Shown here in pieces: positions 31,701-35,541 of a stretch of 35,541 nt of DNA. Location: assembly GCA_052055015.1 (NCBI GenBank), contig JBQJIT010000073.1. The stretch is one strand, 5' to 3'. A program made the position numbers and the translations under genes. Each line of letters begins with the position of its first letter. Positions within the stretch are counted from its first letter, which is position 1. The DNA is from Malassezia furfur. Taxonomy: Eukaryota. The notes beneath the pieces are model-generated. The model saw only the letters and a list, made by a program, of their open reading frames with translations. It was not told the origin of the DNA and did no database searches.

Positions 31701-32244
31701 GGGGCACACGCTATCGGTGACACGCGTGCGCTTCTCACCGTCGGGCGAGTACCTGCTGACGAGCAGTCGTGACCGCTCGTGGCGCCTGTTCCGCCGCACC
31801 GGCATGCGGTACGAGCCGTACGCCGGCGAGCGTGCACATGCACGCATTGTGTGGGACTGTGCGTGGAGTGTGGATGGGCGCATGTTTGCGACAGCATCGC
31901 GCGACAAGACGGTCAAGGTCTGGCAACTCGACGCAGCATCGGCGAAGCGGTACGTCCCTCTTGCCACGATCGAGCTGGACGACGCCGCGACGGCTGTGGC
32001 GATGGGCGACGGCGACGCGATCGCGATCGGTCTCGAACGTGGTGAGGTGCGCATCTACGAGCCAGATGCGGCGCACACGCGCTGGTCGTGCGCCGCTAGT
32101 CTGCCCTGGCACCACACGGGGACCGTGCACCAAGTGGCCTTCCGGTCGCGGGGTGCGTGGCAGGACACCTACAACCAAGTACCCTACATGCTGCTCTCTG
32201 CGGGCGACGATGGGTGTGTTCGTGTAATTTCGTGGCGTAGCTAG
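28780..32244 (+). CDS. ELP2: Elongator subunit Elp2 (double WD40 propeller) with an inserted PPAT domain
   Basis: [104 protein letters not shown] and [10 protein letters not shown] are Elp2 hallmarks. Intron 30144-30164 (21 nt). Confidence 0.93.
30394..31330 (+). other. Phosphopantetheine adenylyltransferase (Cab4/CoaD-like, cytidylyltransferase fold) nested in frame within ELP2
   Basis: [18 protein letters not shown] (HxGH at 30916-30927), [31 protein letters not shown] and KVGSTAIR, with no stop on either side. Confidence 0.88.
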
Positions 32245-32630
32245 CGACCGTACTTTTGCAACTCCCACTCGCGGTTGTCCAGGGGGCACACTTGCCGTGT
32301 CTTGAGCCAGCGCGAGATGCAGTGGAAGTGGAAGGCGTGCTGCGTGAGCGGGTGCACGTACGTTGCACTGGCCCCAGGCCACGGTGCACTCCTCGGTGGT
32401 GGCCGAACCCTGGTTGGCCTGGCACTCGATGCCTGCGTCAGCGGCGCGCGTGCGTACACAGCTCCATGATGTGATTCCGGCAGATCGCACACTGCGTTAG
32501 TCGCGTCACGTACGTTGTCGACCTGGATGTCCCAGCTCCAGAGACACACGCTGTTCCACTGCGTCAGCCGCAATGCGCGCACCTTCTTCACCTGGAAACG
32601 CGGCGTTTCCTGCGGCGTGTCGACGTCCAT
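32241..32630 (-). CDS. RBX1: Cullin RING-box protein Rbx1/Hrt1
   Basis: Spliced product [82 protein letters not shown]. Introns 32559-32582, 32492-32513, 32433-32457 and 32340-32361. Confidence 0.97.
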   Translation of the reverse strand: MDVDTPQETPRFQVKKVRALRLTQWNSVCLWSWDIQVDNVRDATNAVCDLPESHHGAVYARAPLTQASSARPTRVRPPPRSAPWPGASATYVHPLTQHAFHFHCISRWLKTRQVCPLDNREWELQKYGR

Positions 32631-32747
32631 GGCGACCCTGACGAAGCGGCCGGCGGTGGAGGCCCAGTGGAGGCGCGGCGCCACCGCGCGGGTGCCGCGT
32701 GGAGGAAGCGCACGCGGCCGCCGCCTTCCCTCCACCTGGACGACGCC

Positions 32748-35354
32748 ATGGCGAGCGAACGCACGGCGGCGCCGGGCGCGTCGCTGGACGAGATGCGCGA
32801 GCGCTCGCGTCAGGAGTACTTGGCGAAGCGTGCACAGCAGCAGGTCGAGCTGCTTCGCCGGGAGATCCAGGACGAAGAGACCTTCTTCCGGGGCGTGCAG
32901 CTCACGAAGAAGGAGCAGCGCGAGTTGGAGCACAAGCGTGAGTTGCTGCGCCTCGCCGAGGAACACGCGGCGCTTGATGCACCAACCGAGACCTACGTGC
33001 TTCCTGAGGACTACCTCACCGAGCAGGGGCGTGTCGACCGCAAGCGGAAGCAGGCGGCGCTGCACGACCGACGCTGTATGTTGCACACCACTCACCCAGA
33101 CGACGACCGCGGCCACCGCAAACGCGCACCGCCGGAAACCGACGCATTTGAGCGCGAGCAGATTGAGCGCTCGATGCTGCTGCAGGAGGCCGCACCGCGC
33201 GCCGAGGACGACGCGTTCGACTTTGTCATTGACGAGTCGCAGACCATCCAGTTTATCCTGGACAAGCAAAAGCACGGCGCCGTCGAGCCGCAGCGCTCGG
33301 CCAAGGACGTGGAGCTGGAGCGCCGACTGCACGAGGCCGAGGAGCGTGCGTCGTCGATCGAGGCGACGCGCAAGTCGCTGCCAGTGTATGCGCTTCGCGA
33401 AGAGTTTCTTGCGGCACTCCAGGAGCACCAGATTCTGATCGTCGTGGGCGAGACGGGCTCGGGCAAGACGACGCAGCTGCCGCAGTTTCTGCACGAGGCG
33501 GGCTATACGCGCGACAACCAAATCGTCGCGTGCACACAGCCGCGCCGCGTCGCGGCGATGAGCGTTGCTGCGCGCGTCGCCGAAGAGATGGGCGTACGTT
33601 TGGGGCGCGAGTGTGGCTATAGCATCCGCTTTGAGGACTGCACATCGGACGACACCGTGGTCAAGTACATGACTGACGGGATGCTCCTGCGCGAGTTCCT
33701 CACCAACCCCGACCTGGGCAACTACTCGGTGATCATGATCGACGAGGCGCACGAGCGCACGCTCAACACCGACATTCTGTTTGGCCTGATCAAGGACATT
33801 GCGCGCTTCCGCCCCGACCTCAAGGTGCTAATCTCCTCTGCGACGCTCGACGCGGAAAAGTTTAGCATGTTCTTTGATGACGCGCCCATCTTCTTTGTCC
33901 CCGGGCGCCGCTTTCCGGTGGACATCCACTATACCCCCCAGCCCGAGGCAAACTATCTGCATGCGGCCATCACCACCGTCTTCCAGATCCATACGACGCA
34001 GCCGCGTGGCGACATCCTCGTCTTCCTTACCGGGCAGGACGAGATCGACGTCGCGATGGAGAACCTCGAGCAGACGACCCGCGCACTCGGCGGCAAGATT
34101 GCCGAGTTGATCGTGTGCCCGATTTATGCGAACCTGCCGAGCGACATGCAAGCGCGTGTGTTTGAGCCGACGCCACCGGGCGCACGCAAGGTGGTGCTGG
34201 CCACCAACATTGCGGAAACGTCCATCACGATCGATGGCATCGCGTTTGTAATCGACCCGGGCTTTGTCAAGCAAAACTCGTACAATCCGCGCACGGGCAT
34301 GTCGGCGCTGAGTGTGGTGCCGTGCTCGCGCGCCTCGGTGAACCAGCGTGCGGGGCGTGCGGGACGTGTGGGGCCGGGCAAGTGTTTCCGCCTGTTTACC
34401 AAGTGGGCGTACAGCAATGAGCTCGAGGAGAACACGGTGCCCGAGATCCAGCGCACGAACCTCGCCAACGTCGTGCTCCTGCTCAAGTCGGTGGGCATCC
34501 ACGACTTGCTCAACTTTGACTTCCTCGACCCGCCGCCGACCGACACGCTCATCCGCTCGCTCGAGCTGCTCTATGCGCTCGGCGCACTGAACGACCGCGG
34601 CGAGCTCACCAAGCTTGGGCGGCGCATGGCCGAGTTCCCGGTGGACCCGATGATGAGCAAGGCCATTCTGGCGAGCGAAGAGTATCGCTGCACCGAAGAG
34701 GTGCTGTCGATTGTCTCGATGCTCGCCGAGAGTGGCAGCCTCTTTTTCCGCCCCAAGGACAAGAAGCTCCACGCGGACCGTGCGCGGCAGACCTTTTTCC
34801 GGCCGGGCGGCGACCACTTTACGCTGCTGGCCATCTGGGAACAGTGGGTCGAGAGCGGGTACAGCAGCGCGTTCTGCCTCGAAAACTTTTTGCAGCCCAA
34901 GACGCTCGGGCGCGTGCGCGACATCCGCGACCAGCTGCTGCATCTGTGTGAGCGCGTGGAGCTCGTGCCCGAGTCGAACCCCAACAGTGCCGACCTCACG
35001 GGGATCCAAAAGGCGATCGTGTCGGGCTACTTTATGAACACGGCGCGTCTGCAAAAGGGTGGCGAGACGTACCGCGCGATCAAGCAGAACAGCAGCGTGT
35101 ACGTGCACCCATCATCGTGCCTGTACAAGCACGTCCCGCAGCCGCGCTTCCTGTGCTACTACGAGCTGGTGGAGACCTCGAAAAACTTTATGCGCCAGGT
35201 CATGGAGATCCAGTCCGAATGGCTCATCGAGGTCGCGCGGCACTACTTCTCGCGCGACGACGTGCAGGACAACACCAAGCTGCAGCGCATGCAGCGGGGT
35301 TCGGGCGCCGCAGCGTCTGCGGGCGGCGCGCGGCGCGGCGAGGCGTATGCATAG
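32748..35354 (+). CDS. PRP2: Spliceosomal DEAH helicase Prp2/Cdc28/DHX16
   Basis: [50 protein letters not shown] and [13 protein letters not shown]. Probable in-frame intron 33076-33099. Confidence 0.9.
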   Translation: MASERTAAPGASLDEMRERSRQEYLAKRAQQQVELLRREIQDEETFFRGVQLTKKEQRELEHKRELLRLAEEHAALDAPTETYVLPEDYLTEQGRVDRKRKQAALHDRRCMLHTTHPDDDRGHRKRAPPETDAFEREQIERSMLLQEAAPRAEDDAFDFVIDESQTIQFILDKQKHGAVEPQRSAKDVELERRLHEAEERASSIEATRKSLPVYALREEFLAALQEHQILIVVGETGSGKTTQLPQFLHEAGYTRDNQIVACTQPRRVAAMSVAARVAEEMGVRLGRECGYSIRFEDCTSDDTVVKYMTDGMLLREFLTNPDLGNYSVIMIDEAHERTLNTDILFGLIKDIARFRPDLKVLISSATLDAEKFSMFFDDAPIFFVPGRRFPVDIHYTPQPEANYLHAAITTVFQIHTTQPRGDILVFLTGQDEIDVAMENLEQTTRALGGKIAELIVCPIYANLPSDMQARVFEPTPPGARKVVLATNIAETSITIDGIAFVIDPGFVKQNSYNPRTGMSALSVVPCSRASVNQRAGRAGRVGPGKCFRLFTKWAYSNELEENTVPEIQRTNLANVVLLLKSVGIHDLLNFDFLDPPPTDTLIRSLELLYALGALNDRGELTKLGRRMAEFPVDPMMSKAILASEEYRCTEEVLSIVSMLAESGSLFFRPKDKKLHADRARQTFFRPGGDHFTLLAIWEQWVESGYSSAFCLENFLQPKTLGRVRDIRDQLLHLCERVELVPESNPNSADLTGIQKAIVSGYFMNTARLQKGGETYRAIKQNSSVYVHPSSCLYKHVPQPRFLCYYELVETSKNFMRQVMEIQSEWLIEVARHYFSRDDVQDNTKLQRMQRGSGAAASAGGARRGEAYA

Positions 35355-35376
35355 GGTATCGTACAAATCATCAGGG

Positions 35377-35541
35377 CTATGCGGACTCGGTCGAAAGCTC
35401 GCTCAACGACGAATCTTCGTCGCTCTCCGCGTGAGGCGGCGCGGCACGTGCACGGTGTTCTCGGCGGCCTGGGTGAGTGCCACACGTACGCTTCGGCTTC
35501 GCGGGGGGCGGGGGTCCAGAGTCGTTGGTGGCCGCCGTCGG
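35377..35541 (-). CDS. 3' end of an unidentified gene entering from the right edge
   Basis: Open frame ..PPPPAKPKR|RREH..ESDEDSSLSELSTESA* with a consensus 21-nt intron at 35469-35489; convergent with PRP2. Confidence 0.6.
   Translation of the reverse strand, partial: PTAATNDSGPPPPAKPKRTCGTHPGRREHRARAAPPHAESDEDSSLSELSTESA

Noticed and set aside
15137..32244. Functional cluster for tRNA U34 modification (NFS1 plus ELP2)
   Set aside because: The genes are ~12 kb apart and separated by unrelated housekeeping genes; proximity is plausibly chance.
5924..35108. Other long antisense or alternate-frame ORFs (5924-7756, 15542-17032, 29533-30927, 32241-33752, 33828-35108)
   Set aside because: They overlap well-supported genes and are expected from high GC3 codon bias; 32241-33752 only incidentally includes RBX1 exons.

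Overview
A very gene-dense, GC-rich fungal chromosome segment, most consistent with Malassezia (Ustilaginomycotina). That assignment is inferred from gene content, compaction and tiny GTRYGY..CTRAC..YAG introns. I reconstruct 21 protein-coding genes, two cut by the window edges: SEC31, SSL1, PRM10, NDUFS6, CGR1, a UPF0132-like membrane protein, OST1, SEM1, PAB2, OPA3-like, NFS1, BIM1, TEX1/THOC3, DSN1, a dsRBD-DEAH helicase, ATE1, an LRR protein, ELP2, RBX1, PRP2/DHX16 and an unknown 3' end. They carry 34 manually predicted introns, 32 of them 21-37 nt. Main observations: (1) ELP2 carries an apparently complete phosphopantetheine adenylyltransferase (Cab4/CoaD-like) inserted in frame within its WD40 propeller region; (2) an unidentified ~200-300 nt highly base-paired element lies between ATE1 and the helicase; (3) a 219-nt structured intron in NFS1 has a terminal stem and a box C/D-like kink-turn layout; (4) several introns are only 21 nt; (5) the stop codons of convergent ELP2 and RBX1 overlap. 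I recognised no tRNA, rRNA, transposon or CRISPR features. All gene identities come from motif recognition by eye, not database searches.
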